The notes below the pieces were generated by a model. It had not been told where the DNA came from. It worked only from the letters and a program-made list of their open reading frames with translations, and searched no databases. From positions 4,936,114-4,999,950 of the forward strand of contig CM119265.1 in NCBI GenBank assembly GCA_051294375.1: a stretch of 63,837 bases of DNA, read 5' to 3'. Source of the stretch: Paraspadella gotoi (taxonomy: Eukaryota; Animalia; Chaetognatha). Both the position numbers and the translations under genes were made by a program. Below are positions 15,103 through 27,735 of this stretch, one piece after another; the stretch's first letter is position 1; each line of letters opens with the position of its first letter.

Positions 15103-15134
<32 letters not shown>

Positions 15135-15136
15135 TC

Positions 15137-15167
<31 letters not shown>

Positions 15168-15907
15168 TCCCTCCCTCCCTCCCCTACCCTCTTTCGTTCC
15201 CTCTCTCCGGGGACTCGCGACGCCTTCTGTAATTTCTAAGATTTGTTCTTTAAATCGATTTAGTATTAGGGCTTTAAAAAATTTCGCTTAAAAAGTCAGT
15301 TCTATTCGTATGGGACCATACGACTCTAATGTCCATTTCTCTCAACCACGCGCGCGTGACCCATCTCTCGACCCGCTGTCACCGCCTCCCAACCCCTCTC
15401 TCCCAAATTCCCCAACCTCACCACTCCCCCCAGGCGCTTTTCCCCCGTGGAAGTAGTTCCGAAATGAAAATACGAGAAAAGTTATGACTTCCATAAAACT
15501 TCCAATTTCCGAACATTTAATAAAAAGAAAAGTAAAAAAAAAAGAAAGAAAGCGATGAATGGAAAAAGAAAGAAAATGGAAACATATGTACGCGAGTCGC
15601 GAAATACCATTTATTTCTCCGAGCGATTAGGTATAACATCCGAAAGTCGGTATGTTTTCATTTATTTTTTGTTTTTAGATAGAATTTTGTTTTTAGTTTC
15701 AAAACCGAAGCGCAGAATGGCATGAATGCTCTTTAATTAAAAATTACAATGCGAAAAGAATTTCGCCGCCGTTGACAAGATTTTATTACCTTTTTTTTTT
15801 TCGTTTACCTTTTTCTCGTCCGGAGATTCGACGCCTAATGTCAGCGACAGACCCTTCTAGCTTTCTCTTCCTTAATTCACACATTCCATTCCACTCCTTC
15901 CCCCTCT

Positions 15908-15941
<34 letters not shown>

Positions 15942-15965
15942 CTCTCTAATCTATCTCTCTCTCTG

Positions 15966-16043
<78 letters not shown>

Positions 16044-17017
16044 AACGAACCCGTTCGGCCGTGCTTAATGAAAAACAGATTTTCGTCGGTGGCTGGCTGG
16101 AGTGGTGGTTTTTTGTGAAATGGGGTGGAGGTGCGTTAACTGGGAATGGCTTCGTAGGATGGATGGGGNNNNNNNNNNNNNNNNNNNNNNNNNGGTTTTA
16201 AAAGGGGTGCAAGACGGTGGGTCTTTTCTTTAGCTAACCTGAAAACTTTTTCTGTTCATTGATCGAATAAAAAAAAATGGAATTAGAAATAATCGATCGG
16301 ATTTAGAGAAAGGTTTTTTTCCCACGAGCGCCAAACGATCGTCGAGCGGAAAAGGAGAGACTTGGAACCGAATTCAATTTACTCTAAATTTTTTACGGCC
16401 AAAGGGGGAGCGAGAGAGAGAGGGAGACTCTCCAGTCCGGAGTGAGAGAGAGAGCGCGCGCAAGAGAGCGGAAAGAAATGAGAAAATAATATGATTTGTT
16501 TGTTTTACAAATTGTAAAACGTTTCACGAGCGCGGCGGGAAGCCACGCTCGTAGCCTTTTGTTTCCCTTTTCCTCCTTACAACGAAATGAAATTAGGGAA
16601 ATAAAACGAAAAAGAAAATAAACATGGGGTAAACAGAGGAAGGAAAGAAAAAGAAATACGGCGTCGTCGCTTTCAAAGCTTTGAGCGGGGTTTGGAAAAG
16701 ATATCCCGCAACAGAAAATATTATAATTAACTATTAACTATTAAGTATTAACTATAATTAACTATTTCCATTCCGACATTTGGCGAAAGTTTATGTCCAA
16801 CAATATTTGTAAAAATTATTTTAATATCTCATTTTTTTCTCTGAGGGGTCGAATGAGAAAGTGAATTAAAATAATAACTTAATAGTACGAAATTCTTCGG
16901 ATTTCGGTTGTACGNNNNNNNNNNTCGTTTAGGATTTCTCGTTTCGAGTTCCGAAAAGTGGGTGAGGGTGAAAGTGAGGCATTATAGATGGGGTGACGTG
17001 GGGTTTGTCTAATTCGG

Positions 17018-17761
17018 CCATTTTAAAATCTACAGTTTTATGCAAAAAAAAGAGGACACTCTTCAATAGAGTGGAGCACTCAAGAACAAAAAATTTATTT
17101 GAATGATCGAACAATAATATTTAGATGTGAGATAGTATGATTAACTAGCACAAAAAATATTTTGTTCATATTATCTCGGGAACAGAATAGTAAAATATAA
17201 TATATTTGGAGTAATATCCTTATAAAATAGTAAATTTTCAAAATAATTTTTATAAAACTTTTAATAAAGATTCAGATTCTTCAAAAAAAGTTGAATCAAA
17301 AATATAAAACATGTTATCAAAAATTCTGTCATCTTCAATGTTTAAAATAAGAAAAAAAATGAAAATTCTTAACTTTTTTATTCTCTGTAGTAGAAACTTA
17401 TAACTTAGTCATTTTTTGTGATCTAAACATTAAAATATCATATAACATATTTTATAAAAGTTTCTTAGTTTTTTACAGCGAATCCAAATCAGTTCTTAAA
17501 AATAAAAAATAAATTATTTTGAAATTTAACGATTTTATAAGGATATTACTACATAAATAATTGAATTTGCTATACTGTTACGCTAAAAAAATTTTAAAAG
17601 GATTTAAAATTCATTAATTATATGTCCATAGGCAGCAAAAAAATAATGTTCAATCACTCAATCTTTTCATCACTCCACCCTACTCTTCAAACATTAAGTA
17701 GCGCTCGTTTTATGCACATATTATAAAAAATTATGAATGATAAATGTAGATTTTGAAATGG
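17018..17761. mobile_element. AT-rich foldback/palindromic element (MITE- or foldback-like, non-autonomous)
   Basis: Nested inverted matches centred near 17380: ccattttaaaatctac (17018) with gtagattttgaaatgg (17746); agtaatatccttataaaat (17210-17228) is the exact reverse complement of 17532-17550; ttgaatgatcgaaca pairs with tgttcaatcactcaa; aaaacatgttat pairs with ataacatatttt. Confidence 0.6.
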
Positions 17762-18323
17762 AAAATCCATATGTGTAAGTTAAAAGAAAATCGGTCCAAG
17801 CATTCAAGAGCTATAGCTCCTGAAGGACAATTGGTGAAAATAAATCGTCATTTGAGTCTTTTCAAAAAAACATTTTTGAAGATCTGCCAAAAACCGAAGA
17901 TACTTTTTAGCCTTAATTTATGGGCATTGTATTTATGTTTTCTAAAAAATTTTGAAAGAGGAAATCATATGTGTAACTTAATAAAAAAAATTTGCGTCCA
18001 GTCATTTCATTAAACTGGAATTTTTAAAGCGGATTTTGGAGGAACCAAAGAAGAAAAGAATACAGTCTTAATAACGGCGCCGAGACGGCGGACAACGAAA
18101 AATGTTGGCCAAACCCTGGAAAGAAGAAACAGATGGCGCCGTCGGCACGTCGGTGGCAGACAAGAAAATCCTCTCTCTTGAATCTGGCAAATCCACGAAT
18201 CAGAGAGCGAGAGCGGAACGTGTCCAGGTTGAGGAACCAGTTGGAGAGAGATTGAGTGAGAAGAAAAGAGAATTGTTGTGAAGGGTTAAGAGAGAGAGAG
18301 GGGGAGAGAGAGAGAGAGAGAGT

Positions 18324-18370
<47 letters not shown>

Positions 18371-20882
18371 AGAGGAGAGGAGAGAGAGAGGATGAGGAGG
18401 AGTGGCAAGCAGGGCCGACGGCCCCTTGAGGAAATTTTTGATCACTTCACGCCAAGAAAATTAATTTTTAAAAAAAGAATTATATTAGTTAAAAAGAAGG
18501 AAAGAAGGCAGAGCCTCCCTCCGATAAAAAAAATAATGGAGACAAAGTCGTGTAAGAAGAAAAAGATAATGGATTCGCGATGAGCGTCTTTTGTTTGGGT
18601 TTTTTTTTTTTCTTTCGGGGAGAATGAACTCGAGGTTCCTGCGGAGAGACGCGTCGGTAGAGGTGATCGAGGGATGGTTAAAGAAAGGGGGCGAGGGGTG
18701 TAGTGTGGGGGTTCGTTGGGGTGGGAGGGAATTTTCAAATGTCGCGAGGGGTTTTTAGGGGGTTCGGTGAAATTATGTTTCGTATGGTTGTTTTAAGTTT
18801 TTTAGGCAGAGAGTGAACTAAGTGCGTTTTGCACGTTTCAAAATATGCAAATAGCATTACTCCTCATCACCAAAAAAAAAGCTGGAAAAGGTGATGCATA
18901 TGAAGAGGCAGAGTTTGCCGACCGGCAAAGCGTCTCTCCAGTCTATCCGCGGGAGACCCGGCGACCGTTCCACTCTCGTTCTTTAGATGGCGGAGCTTAA
19001 GCGCCTTTGTGCCGCCGTCGTTTCTTTCGCCTCCTACCGGGGAGAGAAAACGTTGAACCAGGGGAATTTCCTTTCCGTTTACCTCGATAAAGAAAAGAAA
19101 GGGAAAAGAGAGCACCAAAAAAAAAAAGACAAAAAAAAGGACAAAGCGTCGTTTTTCGGGCGACGCGCGCGAGCGTCTCCGTCGCGTGGAAATGACGATA
19201 TTTCTTTCTTCGTCTTTTTTTTTCGTTTCCGGTTGAGGCGATTCTCGTCACGTAGACGTCGGAAGCGAAAGGAGGATCGAGGGACAAAACGGTCCTTTGC
19301 CGCTGTCGCCGCCGCTGCCGCTGCCGTCGCCGCCCGCCGAAGACCGCTCCCGGATGGCCCGCCGCCTCCGCTGCCGTCCCCCGGTCCCCTCTTTGATGGC
19401 CATCGTATATAGATTATTCCGTTTTTTCGACAAAAAAATCCCTTTCAAACGACGCATCCTATTTTTTAAGGTTTATGCGACTCTTCAAAAAGGGCCAAAA
19501 GAAAGATGGCCCCCTGTTTTCATTTCCCCACCACAGATTTCCTATGAAGGACCAGAGGGAATTCTAAATAACCAGAAATAAATTTTCGCTTATTTTCTTT
19601 TTCCCTTGATTCTCCTTTTCTTATCCCTCCCTCTTCCCTTTATCGTCGTACCAGGGTCCGCGCCATAACTCGCCAAATAAAAAACGCTACCCCCTTCTTT
19701 TGGACCGTATCCACCCTTTTTTTCACTTTTCCTTTTTTTCCCTTTTCCTTTCTTACTCTCCTTTCTCTTCTTTCTCAATGTTTTCTCCCTTTTCGCTTTG
19801 AGCCTTTCGGCTTTGTATTTATTTCGGGTCATAAACGCCGCCATTTTGCCTCCTTTTATTCTCCGTTTCTGATTTTCTCCGACGCCATTTCCATTTTTTT
19901 CTCCTGTCGTTCACCTCGTCGTCGTTGTCGTTGTCGTCGTCGTCGTCGTCATCGTCATCGTTGTTGCGGCCGTCACCGTTCATTCCCCGTCATTATTTTG
20001 TCCAAATCCTTTTTTTATCGTCGGCTTTATTATGTTCTTTTTCTCGTTTGTCTTTTGTCTAGCTTTTTTCCCCCTCGTTTCCCAGACGTCGACATCTGTC
20101 GGTCTGCCTCGCAAAACACAGTGAGAACTCCAATAGTTGTGGTCAAGTCGATTCGAACAAAGCGGAGAGCGAGAGAGAGGAATATAACGAGAGAGAAGTC
20201 GATAAAAGAAGGGAAAAAAGGAAAGAAAAAATGGAAAAGGTTGGGCGGAGAAAAAAGAAAAAGAAAAAAGAAATAGGCCGAGGAAATAAGAGAAACGAGG
20301 GTGACTGAAGGGTCACACAAGGGAACACAATAACAAGCGTCTCCCCCAGAGCGAATATCAAAGCAGCGGAGAATGGACCGGATGATCTGACGTCGCTGCA
20401 CGCACGAACGACGTACGCGCGCGAGGTGGGCGGGACAATCGCCGCCGACCGTGCGCTCCGAGATCGGACGGGTCATCGTCATGGGTCGGGATGGAGTTAA
20501 GGGAGACGAATGAACTACGCCGGGTGGCGTCGGAGTCGGTAATTCTTGGGGGAAAGGCGGAAGGGAAGAATTGGAAATGCCTCGGCCACCTGGACGGTTT
20601 CCTTTTTATATTCATAAAGAGATTGAGGAGTTGGGTTCTTGGGTGGATGGAGGAGTAGAAGAGGGGGAGGTGAAAGGGGGGAAAATTATGAAAGATGGAG
20701 CTTGAAAAGGAAGGTCAACGAACGAAGAAAAGAGATTGGACAATAGAGAGAAAGAAAGGCAAAAAAGGATGGAAGAATAGATGGAATTAAGGAAGGAACA
20801 AAGGAGAAAGAAGAATCGCTGGCGGGAAAGAACAAAAGTTAAGGGTGAAAGAGAATAAAAATATAAATGGATGATGAAAAAG

Positions 20883-21032
<150 letters not shown>

Positions 21033-22880
21033 GATCATCAGGGTCAGAGAGAGAGAATTTGTCTCCTATTTCCGAGTAGAGAGTGAAAGTGTGTGAGAGT
21101 CTGCGAGTGCCAAGGGAGGCATGAGGGTGGACCCCTCTCGAGAGAGAAGGTGACGCTATAATCGCATTAGTTCCTACAGAAAAAAAAAAGGTTCTAATCG
21201 CGTTTCTGGATGACTGGAGGGAGAAGGAGAACTTGCCGAGTTCCGCCGGAAGTGGGAGGGAGGGGAAGTCCTTTGCCGATAAAAAGGCCGGGGCTGAAAA
21301 TCTTCCCCGGCCGGGAAAATTTCGACCCACTTCCGGTTAAACTTTCCGGCCAGAACTCTCCGCCTACGGCTCCATTTCCGGTCAAACGTATAGAATTCCA
21401 ACTGGGAATTTGCCTTTGATGGAATACGAGTAGGGAGAGAGAGGTTGCTACAGGGTGCTAGAGACGAAGATTCGAAGTCTTAGAAAAAGTTTTCAATTAC
21501 TTTTTGTCCCGATATCATTTTCCTGCCCCAAAAAATAGTTTCACCGCGCAACTTGATTTGCTTGTTTTGGCAATGTATTCTTTCGTTGTTACTGTTGCCC
21601 ACTCTTTTCCGCTCGGTAAATGTCGAAATGTCCGAATATTTTTCGCTCTTACGTAATTCACTTTAAATCGTGGATCTCGTTAAGCAAGTGTCACTTAACC
21701 GAGTTCCTTTTTATTTCATTTTTGTTCTTTTATCTCCTCCCCCCCGTTTCCATTTCAATACCATTCTCCACCTTCTTCCTTCCGATCCAATCACTTTTCT
21801 CTTCTCTCGACTAAATCACCATCGTCGACTTTGTCCAATCACCTTCGCGATTTCTCTGCTCGTCCATTACTCTTCTCCGATGGGTTCTCGTTACAATAGA
21901 CGCTTTTTTTTTTTAATTCTTTTTTTTTCTTTCTCTTTTCTTTTTTTTTTAGGTGTTTCCTCTTCATCCTTTATCCTCACAACTTGCTTCCTCTTAAGAT
22001 CTTTTCCTCTTCTCTAATTTTCATCCTACTTTCTTTCTCCCCCCGGGAGGTTCGCTTCTTTTTTTACTTTTTCTTCTTCTTCCTTTCTTTTATATTATCT
22101 GTTTTCTAGTTTCTTCTTTTTTTACTTTTTCGTCCTCCCATTTTCTTTCCTCCCCTTTCCTTTTAATGGTTAACACGCGTAGAGCGGGAGCCGCATTGTT
22201 TCTCCATACATTGCACTCACTTCACCGCTGCCCCTCCTTTTTTTCGTCTTACTTGATCGCTCTCTCGTCTCTCTCTCTCTCTCTCTCGTCCTCTCCTTCT
22301 CTCTCTCTCTCTCTCTCTCCTCTCTTCTCTTTCGTTCACTTTACTCTTCCGTCTTCGTTTTATCTCCGTGACTATTTTTCGTTTTCTCTCTCTGGTGTTC
22401 CCCAATCGGGATTCCATCTCGCTCGATTTCGTCTTCTCGTCCCTTTTCTCCTTTCCCTCCTCCTCTCTCTCTTTCTCCTCTCACTCTCTCCTCCCTTGCG
22501 AACCAAAATCTTCTTTCATTTTTATTCCTTTCTTTTACTTTTTTCTTTTGTGTCTTTCTTTCCTTTCCTTTCTCCAATAATTTTCCATCTCTTCCTTTTC
22601 TTTTAATCCTTTGACACACCTTTCTATTTTTAGATTTCTTTTGCGCGAGAGGAAATAAATTTTTTATGCTTCCTCCTTCTCGCCTAGTTTAACATTTTTC
22701 TTTTCTTCGTTTTCTCTTTATCCTTTTTCTTTTACCTCCCATTTCCTTTTTCTCCCTCCCCTTCTCCCCAATTCCTCCTTTATTCTTCCTCTCTTTGGGT
22801 CGCATCCCGGGTTTTATTCTGCACTTCGCCTCTGTTCCCGATTTTTCCTGTCGCAATTCTAACTAATCCTTCTCTCTCTC

Positions 22881-22929
<49 letters not shown>

Positions 22930-23870
22930 CTCTCTCTGTCTCTCTCTCTCTCTCACACAATTTCGAATTTCTTAATTTTCTTTCTCCTTTTACCAAACCC
23001 TTCGCTTCAGGCCTCTTTCACGATTCCTTTCTCCTTGTCTCCTTTCTTGCCCTAGGATTCCTTCCAATATTTTCGCATCGTTCAGTTTTGTTCCTTTGGT
23101 TTTTCTTCTTTTAGTCGTCTGACTACGTGAAGTCCAATATAAATTTCTTCGGAAGTATGAAACTTTGGTCGCAAAGTAAATAAATAATTAAACTTAACAA
23201 TTCCTCTCGAACACAAACCGGGCCTTCCCTTTTCGTGGTCCTCTTTTCTATTTCTGTTCTCTTTTTCTTCTCTTTTTCATCTTTTTTTCTTCTCTTTCTC
23301 TTTTCTATTTCTCTTTTTCAACGTTTTCAGTTTCCCGCGATTTTAATTTGGCTCAAACGCTTCTCGGGTCTCGACCGACGAAGAACCTCAATCTTCCGAT
23401 TCTCTTTTGTTTTTGCGCGACTATTTCCGCTCCGCCTTCCGCTGCATTCGCGCTGCATTTCCAGCGCTGTATGCACGGTGAAGCGGCACCAGAGCGCTGC
23501 ACCCGCTCGTCCCCTCGCGTCATCGTCTCGACACCTGAGATCCCCAAGTTTTCTTTTTTTATTCTTTTCTTCGGTTCACGATCGCCTGCGGTTTTAAGAG
23601 AGAGCGAGAGACAGCGAGCCTGAGAGAGAGAGAGGGGGGGGAGAGAACGAGCGTCAGGGAGCATGTCAGCGCGCATTCACGACGCCGCTGCGGCACGCGC
23701 TATGCAACAGGGTTTCTGGAATGCAGCGTCGCCGCGTCGTAGGGTAATGCAGGGCTGCAGTCACTGCTGACTTTTTTTCATGCGCGGAGTCGGTGACGTA
23801 GGAAGAAGTAGAAATTCAGTAGAAAAAAAGGAACGACTTTTTCACTCACTCACTCACTCTCTCCTTCTCG

Positions 23871-23948
<78 letters not shown>

Positions 23949-24229
23949 CCACCTTTTCCAATAATCTCTTCTAACATTCGACCAAAGCATAGCAACAAAT
24001 CTTCAGCCAAAAGAAGAGCGAGAGAGTGTGAGAGAGTGAAAGGTAGAGAAATAGAAGGAGAGAGAAAGAGATGGAGAGAGAGGGTGGGATCTTAAATGAA
24101 CGGGAACATGGGAAAAGGAAAGAGTAGGATGCAGTTGGGAGGCCGCAGGCGAGCAGTCAAGAAGATTAGAGGCACCGTCGAAAATTCAAGGTTTTTTTTT
24201 CTCTCTCTCTTTGCAACGGAATTTCCCTG

Positions 24230-24292
24230 CTGACGCCTGATGCCTGGCGGCTGACGGCTGATGGTTTGACGCCTGACGGCTTAACGCCTGCC
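24230..24292 (+). repeat. Degenerate 7-bp tandem repeat (TGACGCC/TGACGGC)
   Basis: tgacgcctgatgcctggcggctgacggctgatggtttgacgcctgacggcttaacgcctgccgg. Confidence 0.8.
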
Positions 24293-25194
24293 GGTAGCGA
24301 CGGAAAGGATCGAAAATCGGAAATCGATGATGCGACTCGATGGACGTCGATAGCGAAGTCGTAATCATCGAAAAAAAAGGGAAACAATTCCGAATCGTTC
24401 GAGCATAAATGGTTTCGATATATGCATAATTGCGATAATTTTTTATTGTTATATTTTAAGAAATTATTATTCCAGCTTCGAGCAGCTTACGACATCACTC
24501 TCGATGACGTTAGTTCGTGACCCGGAAAGTTCTCGCAAAACTTATTACCTTCCTTGTTTATTTTTCGCGCGGCCATGTTTGCTTTCGTTGCTCGACGAAG
24601 CGAAAAAGAAACAAAAGAACAGGGGCACGTAAGCTGCAACCCACCATCACCTCTTTCCCTATACCCCTTCCCTAACCCCCCTTCACCGCACTACTCTCAG
24701 CGCCCCCAAACGATAAAACGTGAGACGTAATTCGATTTCGTCGCAGGAAGAAGAAAGAGCTAAGAATCTTATTCCAGCGGATGAAGCAGTTTTTTTTTCT
24801 TTTCTTTTTAAGTTTTTTTTTTTTTATACCGCAACCGCTGATCCGCGCTCTAGGCGCTTCGGCGGCTGCAGCTGCGACCTAACTCGCCCCGCTGCCTGCT
24901 GGAGGAGTTTTTTCTTACCGCTCCGCCGCTCCGTTGATCCGACCGCTCTCACCTTCTCCTCATTCTGCGGTTCCTTTTTTATTTTATTTTTATCGTTGCC
25001 CATATTTCTAGCGTTTTATTTTCTCCGTTGAAAACCTTGGGGTTTATGGTAGAAAACAATTTAGTAAGGGTTGGGTTCGACTTTGAACGAGTTTTTTTGG
25101 GTTGCTTTAAAATAAATAAAATAGGTATTAAAACTGACTCATATTGAAAAGTTAATATCTTTTTACTTCCGGAAAATCGTGAGAACGAACCTCA

Positions 25195-25391
25195 ATGATA
25201 ACACAGGGGCATGATAGCTTGTTTATGAAATGAATGGATTATTTTTATATTGGATGTACCAATTTTATACACAAGTTTTAAAAAGGTATGCCCAGAGAAT
25301 AAAAGTGTTTTTACCAGGACACAAAAGAAAGACTTTATGCCATCATCGCCTGGAACGGCATACCATCAGCGATGCCATCGACTCCGATTAG
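25195..25391 (+). pseudogene. Possible degenerate hAT-type (ZNF862/KIAA1586-like) transposase fragment
   Basis: Frameshifted pieces read QGHDSLFMK, EWIIFILD and AQRIKVFLP...CHHRLERHTISDAIDS. Their order recalls the recalled pattern 'G.D..YL..NWI.F.SDG...GVA.RLK..P...HC..HRLEL.V.DA'. Recognised by eye only. Confidence 0.3.
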
Positions 25392-26325
25392 CTTTTTTTA
25401 TAAAGAATAGAAAAATAGAAAAATAGAAAAATAGAAAAACAATTTTCGGGGCAAAGTGTAAAATTTTGGTTACTCAACTAGAAGGAACCCGATCGCTTCT
25501 TTTCTTGACAGCCTTACCAGCATCACTCAACTAAGAACAGCAACCACAACGTCTAGACTTTGGAAGATTCTTCGAAAATCAATCATGTCGTCGATGTAAG
25601 GAGGTATTTGGCAGTTGGAGCGGCTTCGACCGGCATCGACCACGGGTCTCGCATTTTGAGTGCGACTCTCCCGCTTGAGTGCGCGTTGGATGGAAGGTGG
25701 CGCACGCAGCGACCGCGCGCCAAGCGTCTCAGGCGACGTGATTTCCCTAGGCTCCGTAAGCGCCATTTTGGCATCGTTTTCGTCATCCTCTTCGTCGTCG
25801 TCCTCGTCGTCGGGGTCAAATGTCGCCGGTTCTCATTTCGACGATGGATTTCATCGACGACAGGGAACCGGCGCGATGGTGTCGGCGTCCTTCGGAGAAC
25901 GGCGCCAAACCGGCGGGAAATATGGCGCGGAGGCGCGTTTCCACTCTGCGTGCATTATGAGGGCGCAAATGCACCGTCACGAAGACTCGGGATCAAAAAG
26001 AATTTTCCATGTTTTCCTGTTTTTAGATTCTTGCGCATCGAGGATTTGCGTTGCAAATTTTGGCGGAAGGCGCGAAGAATATTCTTTTTGCTGTTGTCGT
26101 CGTCGTTGTCGTTGTTGTTGTCGTTGTCGTCGTTTTCTTTCCCCCGGAATTTTTGGGGCGATGAATAATTGATAAACACGATAAAAACGGGAATAAACAA
26201 AAGAGGATAACAAAGACGGTGGATGAATTTTAAGCTAAACTTCACTTTTTTGGTTCTCGTAAAACCTAAGTTTATACCAAAGTCATCGCTGATTTTATTC
26301 AGCGCCAAGTTTTAAAATTCTTCTA

Positions 26326-26356
<31 letters not shown>

Positions 26357-26768
26357 CTCTGATGCTTTTCCAATTTTCACTCAACTTTCCATTTTTCTTT
26401 CTCTTTCTCTTATTGCTAATTTCGTTTCCCTTTTGTTTCGAAGTTCACATTTTTCTTCCGGATTCTCTTCTTTTTTTTGCTTTTTTAATTTTCTCCGGTT
26501 GTCATCGTCGTCGTCGTGAAGCCGTCGCAGCGATTCACTTTCAGCGAATTTTTCACTTTTCACTTTTTCTTCGTGAATCGACTGCCTGATTGATGGTTCG
26601 GCCACAACTTGGCGCCGGCCGAAAGATGAACCAGACGGAACAAAGACGTCATTGTGTTTTTTTTTTAGGATTCGTCAAACCTACAAAATCTAGTTTGACA
26701 CATTTGGTTTTTATCATTATTATTATTATTATTTCTAGTCTATTTATTTGTAGTTATTACTTTTATTA

Positions 26769-26769
<1 letters not shown>

Positions 26770-26829
<60 letters not shown>
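26770..26829 (+). repeat. (ATT)n microsatellite
   Basis: Direct read; produces the poly-I and poly-N ORF artefacts. Confidence 0.98.
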
Positions 26830-27366
26830 TATCATAGTAATTATAATATTTGCGTCCCTTTTCCGGTTGTTTTGACATCGCGTTTCAACGTACAACGACT
26901 TTTTTTTCCAACTCCTCAGAGTATCGTTTTCTCGGGTTCCATTTGGGCAAAAGACGGCCAAGGGGCGTTTCTTAAAAAGCGCCGCCGTCATCAGGCGCCG
27001 ACGCCGCTTCCGCCGTCTTTTCCGGGCACCCACCTTCGATGGCGACGCCGATTTTTCAGAAGGCGATGGAATTGATTGAAAACTCGATCGGCGACGAGAC
27101 TCGAGGGAGAAATCGACGACGCCGTCGCGACCGGCGTTTGGGTTCCATCAGCGTCGCCGGCTCCATCGGCGTCGAATCTCGGAATTGAAGGGGGGGGACA
27201 AAGTTTTTGGAAAAAAATGCCATTGGGTTTTTGCTGGAGTTTTTTTCTTGGGTCGGATTTTTAGAAGGAGGGGAATCGGGCGTCTGAGAAAAGAGAGAGA
27301 CGGGGGGAAGTTACTGACTGGAAATTTTCATCCTTTTCTTTTCGGTCGAATAGATCCGCCCAGCAG

Positions 27367-27433
<67 letters not shown>

Positions 27434-27619
27434 CTTTCTCAGTCCATATTTCAGCCATTCTTTCGTTTCCTTACAAAACCCTGCGTCAGCGAAAGCCCCT
27501 TCCCTCCCGATCGTCTTCCCAAAAAATCTTCTCCTATGCGCAAAGTCTGTCAGTTTCCACTCCACTCGCGCACGCGCAGAGAGCGACGCCTTTCGCGCGC
27601 GTGATCATTCTCGGCCAGT

Positions 27620-27735
27620 CGTTTGTGCCAATCACTCCCCCCCTTCCCGGTTCCCTTTTCACTTCCGCCACCCGACTGACCACAAGGTGGCGCTTGGCCG
27701 ATTCGTTATGTGGCTCAGGGGTCTCGCCAATTCGA
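27620..27735 (+). promoter_or_regulatory. Candidate regulatory module: CCAAT box, ETS-like core and CTCF-like site in CpG-rich sequence
   Basis: gccaatca (27627), cacttccg (27660), TGACCACAAGGTGGCGCTT (27677-27695, close to the CTCF consensus) and gccaat (27727). Motif matches only. Confidence 0.35.

Noticed and set aside
25560-26172. Overlapping GC-rich ORFs of 170-202 aa
   Set aside because: They are driven by GTC/GAC microsatellite and GC-rich composition, with no domain signal in any frame.
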